Shown piece by piece: positions 27,249-35,749 of a DNA stretch of 39,975 nt (position 1 is its first letter; each line of letters opens with the position of its first letter). The stretch covers positions 1 through 39,975 of the IMG/VR virus record IMGVR_UViG_3300043447_000338. One strand, given 5' to 3'. The DNA is from a virus. Its lineage: Duplodnaviria; Caudoviricetes. Made by a program: the position numbers and the translations under genes. The notes under the pieces are model-generated. The model searched no databases. It worked only from the letters and a program-made list of their open reading frames with translations, and was not told the DNA's origin.

Positions 27249-28028
27249 ATGGAAGTGTTTATTCTAACGCATGGGCGGGCTACAGGGGCGCAGCAGCACA
27301 CCGCAGCCGCATTGCTCGATGCCGGCATAGCTTTCAAGTATGCGGTGCAAGAGAGCGAACTGCCCAAATGGTCTTGGTGTAGTGCAGAGATAGTAGTCCT
27401 GCCTCCACACATAAAAGATGTTTCCGCCACTCGTGACTATCTTGTTCATGATGTGGGTGGGGACGCCCACATCTTTATGTTTGACGACGATCTGCGATTC
27501 GCTGCCCGCAGAGACGACGATGCCACTAAATTCACCCCAGCAACTTCCGCAGATCTATTTTCTGCCCTTGAGCGAGTCAATATAAATTTGTCCATCAATC
27601 CGATGGTTGGGCTGGGCGCCCGTGAGGGGGGCAACCGCGTCACCGATCAATGGGTGTATGAGACTCGTATCATGCGAGCCTTTGGGCTGAATAGAAACTA
27701 CCTGCGTCGACACGAGATAACATTTGCTCCACTCAAGCTAATGGAAGACTTCCACGTCAATTTACAGATACTTGAGTCTGGGAAAACTACAAGCGTCTAC
27801 AATCTTTTGGTGACCGATCAAGTAGGCGGCTCTAATTCTGCTGGCGGGTGCAGCACCTACCGCACGCCTGAACTACAGGAAGCTTCCGCCAATCTGCTGG
27901 CAGCCCGCCACCCCGGTGTTGTGAAAGTGGTGAAGAAAACCACCAAGGGCGCATGGGGCGGGGGCACCCGTACTGATGTGATTGTGCAGTGGAAGCAGGC
28001 TGCCAAATTTGCGAGGAACAGAGTATGA
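27249..28028 (+). CDS. GT-A glycosyltransferase of the TET-associated (TAGT) / base-J glucosyltransferase-like family
   Basis: FILTHGR, SATRD, FMFDDDLRF (DxD), MEDFHVNLQIL, GGCSTYR and V.WK motifs; SD GGAG, start ATG 27249. Confidence 0.8.
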   Translation: MEVFILTHGRATGAQQHTAAALLDAGIAFKYAVQESELPKWSWCSAEIVVLPPHIKDVSATRDYLVHDVGGDAHIFMFDDDLRFAARRDDDATKFTPATSADLFSALERVNINLSINPMVGLGAREGGNRVTDQWVYETRIMRAFGLNRNYLRRHEITFAPLKLMEDFHVNLQILESGKTTSVYNLLVTDQVGGSNSAGGCSTYRTPELQEASANLLAARHPGVVKVVKKTTKGAWGGGTRTDVIVQWKQAAKFARNRV

Positions 28029-28873
28029 GAGCCATGAATGCTAGTGATCTTGCCTATTGGATTGTTGAACGTGACCTTATGCGTGAGCGGAAAGAATATC
28101 CAGACAATCCACGCCCAGAATGGAAGTGTGGCTGGAGTGATGACCCCCACATGGGGCTGATTCGCTATTGCAACGTGCGCCGTGAGGATGACAAGGTAAC
28201 CCGCTGGCTTGCCAAGCACTGGCGCCCACAGCACAACAGCATGTGGGAGCTGACCCTGGCACGGATGCTAAACCACATCCCCACTCTAGAAATTTGCCTG
28301 CCCCTGCTACAGTGGCAAGACCCATTGAAGGGAGTGTTGGGCGAGCTAAAGCTGCTGCGCGCTACGGGGGAGAAAGTCTTTACTTCCGCCTACACCATCA
28401 GCACGGCAGGCAAAAGCATGGATAAGCTTGACTACGTGGTGGACTGGGTGGTGGGGGCAGTGAAGTGCAGAGAGATTGCTAGTGGCTACAAGCCTAAGCG
28501 GCTGGCGGAGGCTGCCGCGTGGCTGGAAGATTTTGATGGGTTGGGTAGCTTTTTGGCTGCCCAAGTAGTGGCGGACGCTAAAAACACCCCCAGCAACCCC
28601 CTAAAAACCGCGCCAGACTGGCAAACATGGTGCGCCCTAGGCCCAGGTAGCTTGCGCGGCCTTACGGCGCTGCGTGGGCGTAACGTAACGGCAAGGTATT
28701 TCCAAAAAGAAATATTCTCCGCCTGGAGAGAAGTCAAACCTATGCTGCCTACCCATCTACAAGACCTGCACATGCAGGACTTCCAAAACTGTCTCTGTGA
28801 GTTCTCCAAATACGCCAAAGCCTTGAACGGAGAAGGGAGGCCCCGCAATGGCTATAACGCTGGGAGAGGCTAG
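28025..28873 (+). CDS. aGPT-PPlase clade 1 / 5hmdU-DNA-kinase helical-domain family (HhH-glycosylase-like fold) thymine hypermodification enzyme
   Basis: WIVERD..R, D....YCNVRREDDKVT.W, GLGSFLAAQVVAD, GPGS.RGL and DFQNCLCEFSKY. Confidence 0.8.
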   Translation: MRAMNASDLAYWIVERDLMRERKEYPDNPRPEWKCGWSDDPHMGLIRYCNVRREDDKVTRWLAKHWRPQHNSMWELTLARMLNHIPTLEICLPLLQWQDPLKGVLGELKLLRATGEKVFTSAYTISTAGKSMDKLDYVVDWVVGAVKCREIASGYKPKRLAEAAAWLEDFDGLGSFLAAQVVADAKNTPSNPLKTAPDWQTWCALGPGSLRGLTALRGRNVTARYFQKEIFSAWREVKPMLPTHLQDLHMQDFQNCLCEFSKYAKALNGEGRPRNGYNAGRG

Positions 28874-29042
28874 ACTATGGGGAGAGGTACACGGGGCATT
28901 GAATCTCGCAGTGTCTTGGTATGATGGCACTATCTCACTTCACCAATTCATAAGTGAGACTGAAATGGATGTGTTCTGTAAGAAACATCAGTTAACTTTT
29001 ATTGAGGAGAGTAGCAATGACGACAGCAATATTGAAGGTTAG
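28848..29042 (+). CDS. Hypothetical protein within the modification cluster
   Basis: 64 aa, SD GGGAGG; overlaps both neighbours. Confidence 0.5.
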   Translation: MAITLGEARLWGEVHGALNLAVSWYDGTISLHQFISETEMDVFCKKHQLTFIEESSNDDSNIEG

Positions 29043-29985
29043 GAACGTAGAGCAAGCTTTGTCCGACGGCTTTTGGTGGCTGCGCGCAGCCGGGGTGCCC
29101 GAAAACAGCCGTAACGGCCCCGTTCTGGTGTCTCCAGGCCCTGTGGTTACGGAGTATTCTCACCCCACAGAGCGCGTACTATTCAATGCCCGTAGAGATG
29201 CGAACCCCGTATTCCACTTGGTGGAGGCTCTGTGGATGTTGGCTGGCTTGAACGATGTCACGTTCTTGGAGCCATACAATGCGAATATGCGTACCTACGC
29301 AGAGCCTGACACAGACATTATTCATGGCGCGTACGGCTACAGGTGGCGCACCCTGTTTAATGTGGACCAGCTGACCCTAGTGGTGAATCAACTGGTGGCC
29401 GACAGGGAAACGCGGCGTGCCGTTGTGCAGATGTGGTCTGCTGCGGATGATCTATACAAAGATAAGGTGGATGTGCCATGTAATACGCAAATCTATTTCG
29501 ATTTGCGTGGTGGCGTGCTGAACATGGCTGTGTGCAACCGCAGTAACGACATGCTGTGGGGCGCCTACGGCGCAAACGCGGTGCACTTTAGCGTGTTGCA
29601 GGAGGTTATAGCTGCCGCCGTGGCTGCCCCTGTGGGGGTGTACAGGCAATTTAGCAATAACTTCCACGTCTACACTGAGAATGAGATGGTGCAAAGCTTC
29701 CTAGAAGTGCCACCATCCATATCATTTACAGCATACCCAGGCGGAGCTGTGCCCCTTATTCAGCCATCAGAATCCTGGACTAGCTTTCTGGCAGATTGCC
29801 GAAAGCTATTCTACACGGACACCGGCGTTTTTGCCACAGAATTTATCCAAGACATTGCCTCTCCACTGATGCGGGCATATATCTATAGGAAGGAACGGGG
29901 AGTACTACCCCCTTACGTGTCCAGCATTCCCACATGTGACTGGAAACTGGCATTTCAAGAATGGGTAGCAAGGAGAGAAGCATGA
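29017..29985 (+). CDS. Thymidylate-synthase homologue, probable dUMP hydroxymethylase
   Basis: RDANP.FH..EALWML.G, HGAYG.RWR, DQL, TRRAV, PCN (catalytic Cys), RSNDMLWGAYGAN (Asn, consistent with dUMP specificity), NNFHVY; SD GAGGAG. Confidence 0.85.
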   Translation: MTTAILKVRNVEQALSDGFWWLRAAGVPENSRNGPVLVSPGPVVTEYSHPTERVLFNARRDANPVFHLVEALWMLAGLNDVTFLEPYNANMRTYAEPDTDIIHGAYGYRWRTLFNVDQLTLVVNQLVADRETRRAVVQMWSAADDLYKDKVDVPCNTQIYFDLRGGVLNMAVCNRSNDMLWGAYGANAVHFSVLQEVIAAAVAAPVGVYRQFSNNFHVYTENEMVQSFLEVPPSISFTAYPGGAVPLIQPSESWTSFLADCRKLFYTDTGVFATEFIQDIASPLMRAYIYRKERGVLPPYVSSIPTCDWKLAFQEWVARREA

Positions 29986-30428
29986 CTGATTTTGTAAAAA
30001 TTGCCGACATCGCCACAGAAATCGTTAGACTTCTTGAAGAGAAGGGTAGGTTCTACGGCGACTCCTGGCGCAAACGGGGCGGGCCGGGCGCCTTTATGGT
30101 GATGGCCCGTAAGTGGGACCGTATAGAGAACATCTGCGGGCCCCAAGGGTATGACATTTTCAAGGCACTGGACGCAGACTCTGGTGGGGTGCGAGATGAC
30201 ATTCAAGACCTCATCGGGTATTTGCTGCTGATTCTTGAAGCTACACGTCGTGGCTCTATAGCTGATAACTTAGTTCCTCACAAGGTTACATCTTCAGAAA
30301 GTACCGTAGAGGGGTACACTATTGAGGGGTATTACGGTGATGGGACTCTGCTGTACAAATGCAAAACCTGCAAGAAAGAGATAAGAGCTAATTCAGAGAC
30401 ATTAGTACACACTTGCACTCCTAGCTGA
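29982..30428 (+). CDS. Nucleotide-modification-associated domain 1 (DUF1599-like, all-alpha NTP pyrophosphatase-like) with a C-terminal Zn ribbon
   Basis: K...YGDSW.KRG..G, RKWDRIEN, DDIQDLIGY; C-terminal CKTC...HTC. Confidence 0.7.
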   Translation: MTDFVKIADIATEIVRLLEEKGRFYGDSWRKRGGPGAFMVMARKWDRIENICGPQGYDIFKALDADSGGVRDDIQDLIGYLLLILEATRRGSIADNLVPHKVTSSESTVEGYTIEGYYGDGTLLYKCKTCKKEIRANSETLVHTCTPS

Positions 30429-30482
30429 CCCACATATACTGGTGGTGCCTGCAATAAGTAGGTGCCACCAGTCCTTATTATC

Positions 30483-30650
30483 ATGAAAAACTTCCACGTA
30501 TTCTTTGCAGTCTTCCACCCAAGCTACGCACCATTCTACAAAGTAGAGATGGTGCTGCGGGGTACAGTTACCGCAGCGTCTGAAGCTCACGCCCTACGCA
30601 TTGCCAAGCAAAAATTCGGCGGAGCGCCTGTTGTGGGAGATGCAAGATGA
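30483..30650 (+). CDS. Hypothetical protein
   Basis: About 55 aa, V.AASEAHALRIA motif, ATGA coupling to the next gene. Confidence 0.45.
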   Translation: MKNFHVFFAVFHPSYAPFYKVEMVLRGTVTAASEAHALRIAKQKFGGAPVVGDAR

Positions 30651-31177
30651 GCAAAGCACAAGAGCTGAAGGAGTTGGTACAAAACTATGCTCAAGCGGTT
30701 GTCCAGTCCGCAACCAGCTCGGTTAACAGTCTTTCTCGTTCAGACCCTGTGTTGAAACGTTTCATGGCACTCCACGCCGCAATCGACGCACAGCAAAACA
30801 TCATCGACGAGCAGTGGGCTGAATTGGAACACGAGCGCATGCGCCTTGCCGCCTGTGGCGTTGTCGCGCTGTCAAACACACCAGAAAGTGCCGCCAGGGC
30901 GCGGGAGATGCTCCCCGAGTACCGCAGCGCGTCGTGTGACGATGTGGCTAGAGCGGTTGACAGGGAGATGCAATACTGCACTGAACTGGCAGAGGCCAGG
31001 GCTGAGATCGAGCGGCTGACCAATTCGCTTTCCACGACATGCGAACGGATGGACAGGGCAAGAGGGATTCTCACCAACGACAACCCTAGACCGGAGTGCA
31101 ACTGGGGCATGCTGGACTCAAGCGATCTACAAGCAATTGCCGCTGTATCGCAAACCGAATTGAAAGGTGGTGTGTGA
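30647..31177 (+). CDS. Hypothetical coiled-coil protein
   Basis: 176 aa; ELEHERMRLAACGVVAL..T segment typical of mobile phage accessory ORFs. Confidence 0.6.
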   Translation: MSKAQELKELVQNYAQAVVQSATSSVNSLSRSDPVLKRFMALHAAIDAQQNIIDEQWAELEHERMRLAACGVVALSNTPESAARAREMLPEYRSASCDDVARAVDREMQYCTELAEARAEIERLTNSLSTTCERMDRARGILTNDNPRPECNWGMLDSSDLQAIAAVSQTELKGGV

Positions 31178-31539
31178 TGACTCAAGACAAAAAAGAACTG
31201 CTTGAGCTGGCAGCTCGGGCGAGTGGCATCGTCGGCAATTGGGAGCGAGACAAGGCATTCGTACAAGAACGCTATTACTTCAATGTGCCGTATGCTGCAC
31301 ATGGAATGTTGAGCGGCTTTAGGTGGGATCCACTCACAGACGACGGCGACTGCGCACGGCTTGAGGAAAAGTTGAAGATCGATTTAGCTTGGCGTGAAGG
31401 GCCTGAAGGGTATATTCGTACAACAACAGGGGGCGTTTTCATTTTCGAGTACTACGCTGACCACAACAACGACCGCCAAGCCGCACGCAGACTGGCGAGC
31501 ACTCGGGCTGCGGCGGAAGTTGGTAGGGGGATGAAATGA
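31177..31539 (+). CDS. Hypothetical phage protein (W.PL.DDGD..RL family)
   Basis: ELLELAARA...WDPLTDDGDCARL...RAAAEVG; start ATG 31177. Confidence 0.65.
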   Translation: MTQDKKELLELAARASGIVGNWERDKAFVQERYYFNVPYAAHGMLSGFRWDPLTDDGDCARLEEKLKIDLAWREGPEGYIRTTTGGVFIFEYYADHNNDRQAARRLASTRAAAEVGRGMK

Positions 31540-31829
31540 TTTGGAACGACAAAAACACTTGCGGCGGACAGCTTGTTGCGAATCAAACAACGTTTGGCGA
31601 CTTTAAGGATTTGAGCGTCATCGCGACATTTGCAGGAGAGCAATTCGCGCTGGTAAGTCTTCTTGACGGAAGCTCGTTCGTGCTGCCTTGCAACAAAGAG
31701 ATCCTGATTGAGCGCCTGAACAAACATCACTTTGCTCCAATCGCAAAAGTGCTGGGCTCGGTTGACATGCCTGAGAACCGCGCCGGTTTGCCTGCGGTGC
31801 AAATTACTGGATTGAGGAAGCATCCATGA
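31536..31829 (+). CDS. Hypothetical protein
   Basis: 97 aa, ATGA overlaps. Confidence 0.55.
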   Translation: MIWNDKNTCGGQLVANQTTFGDFKDLSVIATFAGEQFALVSLLDGSSFVLPCNKEILIERLNKHHFAPIAKVLGSVDMPENRAGLPAVQITGLRKHP

Positions 31830-32365
31830 CCAACAAACCCGACACCTCTCCGGCGCGGCTGAGGGAGCTTGCAGATCGCATGCCGCATTCCACTACATAC
31901 GTTTTGGAGGCGTGCCGCGTCCTGCTCGCCATCGCCGCCGAGAAAGAGGCGCAGGCCGGGCAGGAGCCGTCCATAAAGATTGCCCTGCGTCAGATTCGTA
32001 CAACCGTGCACTGCTGGCATGAAAGGGCTGTTGCTATCGGGGCGGATGGTGTTGAAAACGTCATTCATGCTGCCGAAGTGGCTGCGCGCAGGGGTGCATT
32101 GCGGTGTGTTGACGGGTTCGTGGAGAAATGGACCCCGCCCCTCTACCTCGCCCAGCAGCCCAGCGAGGCATCATTTAACTTGTCTGACAAGCTATCAGAC
32201 AAGTTAAGCCCCACCTCTCCAGGGCATTTTATAAGTACGGCTGGCGAGTTGCGGTGGTTTAGTGATGAAGAGTGTGAGAAGCTTATTGCACACTTGTTAG
32301 AAGTCGTATCAATTGCTAAAAGTGAATATCTTCATAAATGGATAAAGGAATTGCAAAATGGCTAA
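31826..32365 (+). CDS. Hypothetical protein
   Basis: 179 aa, SD GAGG. Confidence 0.55.
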   Translation: MTNKPDTSPARLRELADRMPHSTTYVLEACRVLLAIAAEKEAQAGQEPSIKIALRQIRTTVHCWHERAVAIGADGVENVIHAAEVAARRGALRCVDGFVEKWTPPLYLAQQPSEASFNLSDKLSDKLSPTSPGHFISTAGELRWFSDEECEKLIAHLLEVVSIAKSEYLHKWIKELQNG

Positions 32366-32603
32366 ATTATGGAACCCATTCCGCCCTGTGCCCATCACCG
32401 TACTGGTGGAGGAGCACATTCACCAAACTCGGCTAGATCTGCTCAACGCTCAGGAAGATGCCGAATGCGCCACCAGCCGAGTAAATAGGTTGAAAACAAC
32501 ACTCAATAGGCTGGTGGAGGAGCGAGAGCAGCTTCACGCTCTCGAAGAAGCTGGGCTAGCTTACGCTGCCGGGCTGCAAGCTGTGCCGCTGAAGACCGAG
32601 TAG
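32358..32603 (+). CDS. Hypothetical coiled-coil protein
   Basis: 81 aa, SD AAGGA; last gene of the plus-strand arm. Confidence 0.55.
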   Translation: MAKLWNPFRPVPITVLVEEHIHQTRLDLLNAQEDAECATSRVNRLKTTLNRLVEEREQLHALEEAGLAYAAGLQAVPLKTE

Positions 32604-32763
32604 AGTTTGCGAACTCACTTTGCGTCATCGTTGGCCCGGCCTGTGTAGGCTGGGCCGCTGTCTGTATGGGGGGCGCGTCCAGTGCGCTGCGGCTAGCAAG
32701 CGCCTTACCTGCTGCGCCCGCGCCGCCTGGGCCAAGTAACTGTAAACGGGTTGCTGTATCCAC
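32503..32763 (-). CDS. Possible small gene after the endolysin
   Basis: GTG start 7 nt after AAGGAG; overlaps the convergent ORF by about 100 nt. Confidence 0.3.
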   Translation of the reverse strand: MDTATRLQLLGPGGAGAAGKALASRSALDAPPIQTAAQPTQAGPTMTQSEFANSTRSSAAQLAARQRKLAQLLREREAALAPPPAY

Positions 32764-32767
32764 GGCA

Positions 32768-33892
32768 TTACTCCTTAGTGTGGCTCATAATATCTGTCTT
32801 ACGTTGACTGGATGCACTGGTGCCGAACCAGAATGATTGAATGCCCCCGGTCAACAACCCGCCAAAAATGGCCCCCAGTACCATAGCTTTCATGTCATTA
32901 GAGAAGCCTGTCAAGAATAGTACCGCATACGCTGCCCCGTACACAAGGGGCAGCAGGCTCACAGTAATCCAGAAAGCTGGAGACTTCCAAAATCCCGTTG
33001 ACTGCACCACAGCATCCGCCCGACGGGCTCCCTCGATGCCCCCACCTCCTGACTCTGTTAGCTGCCACCACTGTTCTGTGATGGCTTGGCTGGCGGTCTG
33101 CAGGGCGGCGGGGTCCGCTTTAATAGTCTCTACGGCATCTTGCGCGTTCTTTGCACCTACGGCATTCTGTACAATCTGTACCGCAAGCTCCGCAGCTTTG
33201 ATGTTTCTCTCGGCTACATCAGAGCCTGACCCAAATAGCTTGCCAAGCTGGGGAATGGCGGCAATGATAGAGGGCAGCGCGGCTGCTACGAATGCAGGTA
33301 ATGGCATGGATTGCTCCTTTGGTGTTGCAGTGACTGTGGGGACCAGGGCTTTTAGCGCTCGCTCCCAACGAGCTTTACGATCCTCATACCCGTTAAGCCC
33401 CCCATTTATCCTGCGGGTAATGGTTTCAAAATCTCCGGCATCTGCCAAGGCGCTGAGCTTTTTGTCATCCCAATAATCGGCCGCACTAAGCGCAGCCCAG
33501 CGGGGGGCAGTAAGGGCTTCAGGGTCTTGCTCAAAATCTGGCACATCCTCAAAACGAGCCCGCAACCTGTCCCGTACGCGGGCGTAGTTGTAGCGCCCGG
33601 TGGTCTGTATCAGCCCACGCCCACGGTAACGAGAGCCATCCCCGGGGAAGACATTCCCTAAATCTGCGCGTCCCTCATACCGTTGCTGCGCAGGAGTGGG
33701 GCCCCATATCTCGCTCACATGCTTTAAAGACCCAGACTCGTGACCTATCTGCGCCAGGAATGCTGCCACCCGCTGCGGCGTGTTTATGGCGTAGGTGGCG
33801 CAAGCCAGCGCCAGCGGCTGCGCAAAAGCTGCCGCCGCCGTTGGGCTACAGGCGGTAGCGGCCACAAGCAGGTCGGCAGTTAGTGTAATCAT
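32768..33892 (-). CDS. GH19 (chitinase/lysozyme-like) endolysin fused to a C-terminal holin-like membrane domain
   Basis: AAFLAQIGHESG, YRGRGLIQTTGRYNY, ITRRINGGLNG; C-terminal hydrophobic helices ending FWFGTSASS.RK. Confidence 0.85.
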   Translation of the reverse strand: MITLTADLLVAATACSPTAAAAFAQPLALACATYAINTPQRVAAFLAQIGHESGSLKHVSEIWGPTPAQQRYEGRADLGNVFPGDGSRYRGRGLIQTTGRYNYARVRDRLRARFEDVPDFEQDPEALTAPRWAALSAADYWDDKKLSALADAGDFETITRRINGGLNGYEDRKARWERALKALVPTVTATPKEQSMPLPAFVAAALPSIIAAIPQLGKLFGSGSDVAERNIKAAELAVQIVQNAVGAKNAQDAVETIKADPAALQTASQAITEQWWQLTESGGGGIEGARRADAVVQSTGFWKSPAFWITVSLLPLVYGAAYAVLFLTGFSNDMKAMVLGAIFGGLLTGGIQSFWFGTSASSQRKTDIMSHTKE

Positions 33893-34179
33893 TTCCCTCG
33901 GACCTTAGCTTCAATCAAACGATCTAATTTAGCGTCGATCGCTTTGTATTGCTCTTGAAGATCCCGCTTTATTTCTAGCTGGTCGGAGTCTTGTTTTTGG
34001 TCTCGCACAGCCTGCACAGATTGCTGAGCTTTGAGCACTTCTACATCTTTACGGATGTCTCCCAGGTAGAGAGTAGCCCCCACCACGGCAGCCATAGTGC
34101 TCAGAATGTGAGTGATTTGCAGCCTGCGATCCAAGTGCCACTCCTGTCTCGGCTCCATTACAGCGCGTCTATCGTTCAT
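33889..34179 (-). CDS. Single-TM + coiled-coil lysis-module protein (holin/antiholin candidate)
   Basis: WHLDRR.....ILSTMAAVVGATLYL followed by a coiled coil ending IDAKLDRLIE. Confidence 0.5.
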   Translation of the reverse strand: MNDRRAVMEPRQEWHLDRRLQITHILSTMAAVVGATLYLGDIRKDVEVLKAQQSVQAVRDQKQDSDQLEIKRDLQEQYKAIDAKLDRLIEAKVRGK

Positions 34180-34955
34180 GATTGTGGTCCAAATTCCTCA
34201 ATGATTAAGAACCCAGGGGCGCCGTCCCCTGCCTTGGTCAAGTTGGCCTGGATAGTTGCTGCCCCCTGCCCACCCCCACCACTGCCAAACCCGCCGCCGT
34301 TGGTGGCTGTGCTAAGGGTGCCCGTGCCGCCCGTGCCGCCATTGCCCCCTGTGCCAAACATGCTACAGCCGCCGCCGCTGCCGCCGTTGTGGATGCCTCC
34401 GTCATTTGACGTGCCCGCCGTATTTGGCCCCGTGGCGCCATCACCTTGGTCTATGCTGCCAGGGAGGTGACCGGGGCCGGAGGATGTAATCGTTCCGCCC
34501 AAGCCAGGCCCGCCAGTGCCCCCAGGCACTGCGCAGGGGTTGCCCCCCACGCCTAAGGGGGCGCAGGTGCCGGAGTTACCGATCGTATTGAATGTGACCT
34601 TGCCCCCAACAGCCCGTAAAAAGCCGAATATGGTGTCCCCACCGGGGGTGGACGCTGGTGTCAGCGCTCCGGCGGCTATGCCCACCCCGCCAAGGCCTAC
34701 TTCGTAAGCTACAGAGCCAGCTATGCGCAGGGTGAACTCCAAGTATTCACCTGCTCCGCCGCCAGGGCCCCCTTTATATGGACCCGCGCCACTCCCTAAA
34801 TCTGCCGAGCCGCCTGCTCCGCCCCCCGCCTGCATCCGCACGCGAACCCAGCTATTGGCTGCCAGAGGGGTGAATGTGCCGCTGCCGGACAAGTATGTGA
34901 GTGTGCGGATGGGCTTGCCCCCGCCACCATTGACGAATTGTGAACGTAAGGTCAT
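34176..34955 (-). CDS. Glycine-rich tail fibre protein
   Basis: SGTFTP, GGGAGG and GGGAG motifs, C-terminal G.DGAPG..IIEE; start ATG 34955 overlaps the previous stop. Confidence 0.7.
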   Translation of the reverse strand: MTLRSQFVNGGGGKPIRTLTYLSGSGTFTPLAANSWVRVRMQAGGGAGGSADLGSGAGPYKGGPGGGAGEYLEFTLRIAGSVAYEVGLGGVGIAAGALTPASTPGGDTIFGFLRAVGGKVTFNTIGNSGTCAPLGVGGNPCAVPGGTGGPGLGGTITSSGPGHLPGSIDQGDGATGPNTAGTSNDGGIHNGGSGGGCSMFGTGGNGGTGGTGTLSTATNGGGFGSGGGGQGAATIQANLTKAGDGAPGFLIIEEFGPQS

Positions 34956-35749
34956 GTCGTAAACACCCATCCTCTCGTCAACGTGCCGACAATCGTAAAG
35001 CTGTCGTAGTTAACATTCAAAGAACAATCTTCAGCGAAGCCTTCAATTAGACTGGCTCCGCGCTGCATATTTACAGGGAAGTCGGTTAGTTTGCCGCCCA
35101 CGTCGGTTACCTTAATCCACGCCCCCTCCACCAAGGCAGGCAGCGCAAGGGAGAACCCGCCACCAGTAGAGTCTATCATGTAGGAGCGGCGCAGTTGTAG
35201 CGTAGCTGCACTAGTCAAGGGGATAGGTGCACCATCTAGATCTGCCCACTGGGCGACGCCTGCAATGGTCTTGATTATCTTATAGTCTTGCCCAGCTTGG
35301 GCGGGCAGCACTGCGCTGAATGCTAGATTATCCGCATAAGCTTTTGTGACTAGATCTGTGGGCACGATAGGAGCATTCGTACAACGAATTGTGTCGAATG
35401 TGGCGATGCCATCTACTGTAAATGTATCACCATAGAAGTCAAAGGTTTGGCTTGTGATTTCCCAAACATTCACTCCCTGTACCACAGCAGAAAAAGCGCC
35501 CGCGCTGAGGCGGGCAAACCCCGAGCTACTTTCGTTACCGAAAGTAATTCCCGGAGCTGGCAGTGTGCCGTCTGCCAGTTTAAGTGGACTGAGCATGCCG
35601 CCCCGCCCTTGGCGATCTAGGCTCTCAGTAATTCCTTGGGAAATGTCGTTGACTGAGGTGTTAGCCCACTCAGCCGTGATCACCGTTCCTGTGACTACAG
35701 GATTTACATTTGATGGAGGCGTAAATACGCCTTGTGAATTGCGGCCCAT
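34952..35749 (-). CDS. Tail fibre / fibre adaptor protein
   Basis: N-terminal podovirus anchor NPVVTGTVITAEWAN...DI...T.SLDRQG; TKAYAD repeat; DSTGGGFSLALP domain. Confidence 0.7.
   Translation of the reverse strand: MGRNSQGVFTPPSNVNPVVTGTVITAEWANTSVNDISQGITESLDRQGRGGMLSPLKLADGTLPAPGITFGNESSSGFARLSAGAFSAVVQGVNVWEITSQTFDFYGDTFTVDGIATFDTIRCTNAPIVPTDLVTKAYADNLAFSAVLPAQAGQDYKIIKTIAGVAQWADLDGAPIPLTSAATLQLRRSYMIDSTGGGFSLALPALVEGAWIKVTDVGGKLTDFPVNMQRGASLIEGFAEDCSLNVNYDSFTIVGTLTRGWVFTT

Noticed and set aside
29017-29985. Ordinary thymidylate synthase or dCMP hydroxymethylase
   Set aside because: It lacks the canonical ThyA G.PFN context, has Asn rather than the Asp expected for dCMP enzymes, and sits in a thymine-hypermodification neighbourhood; not formally excluded without an assay.
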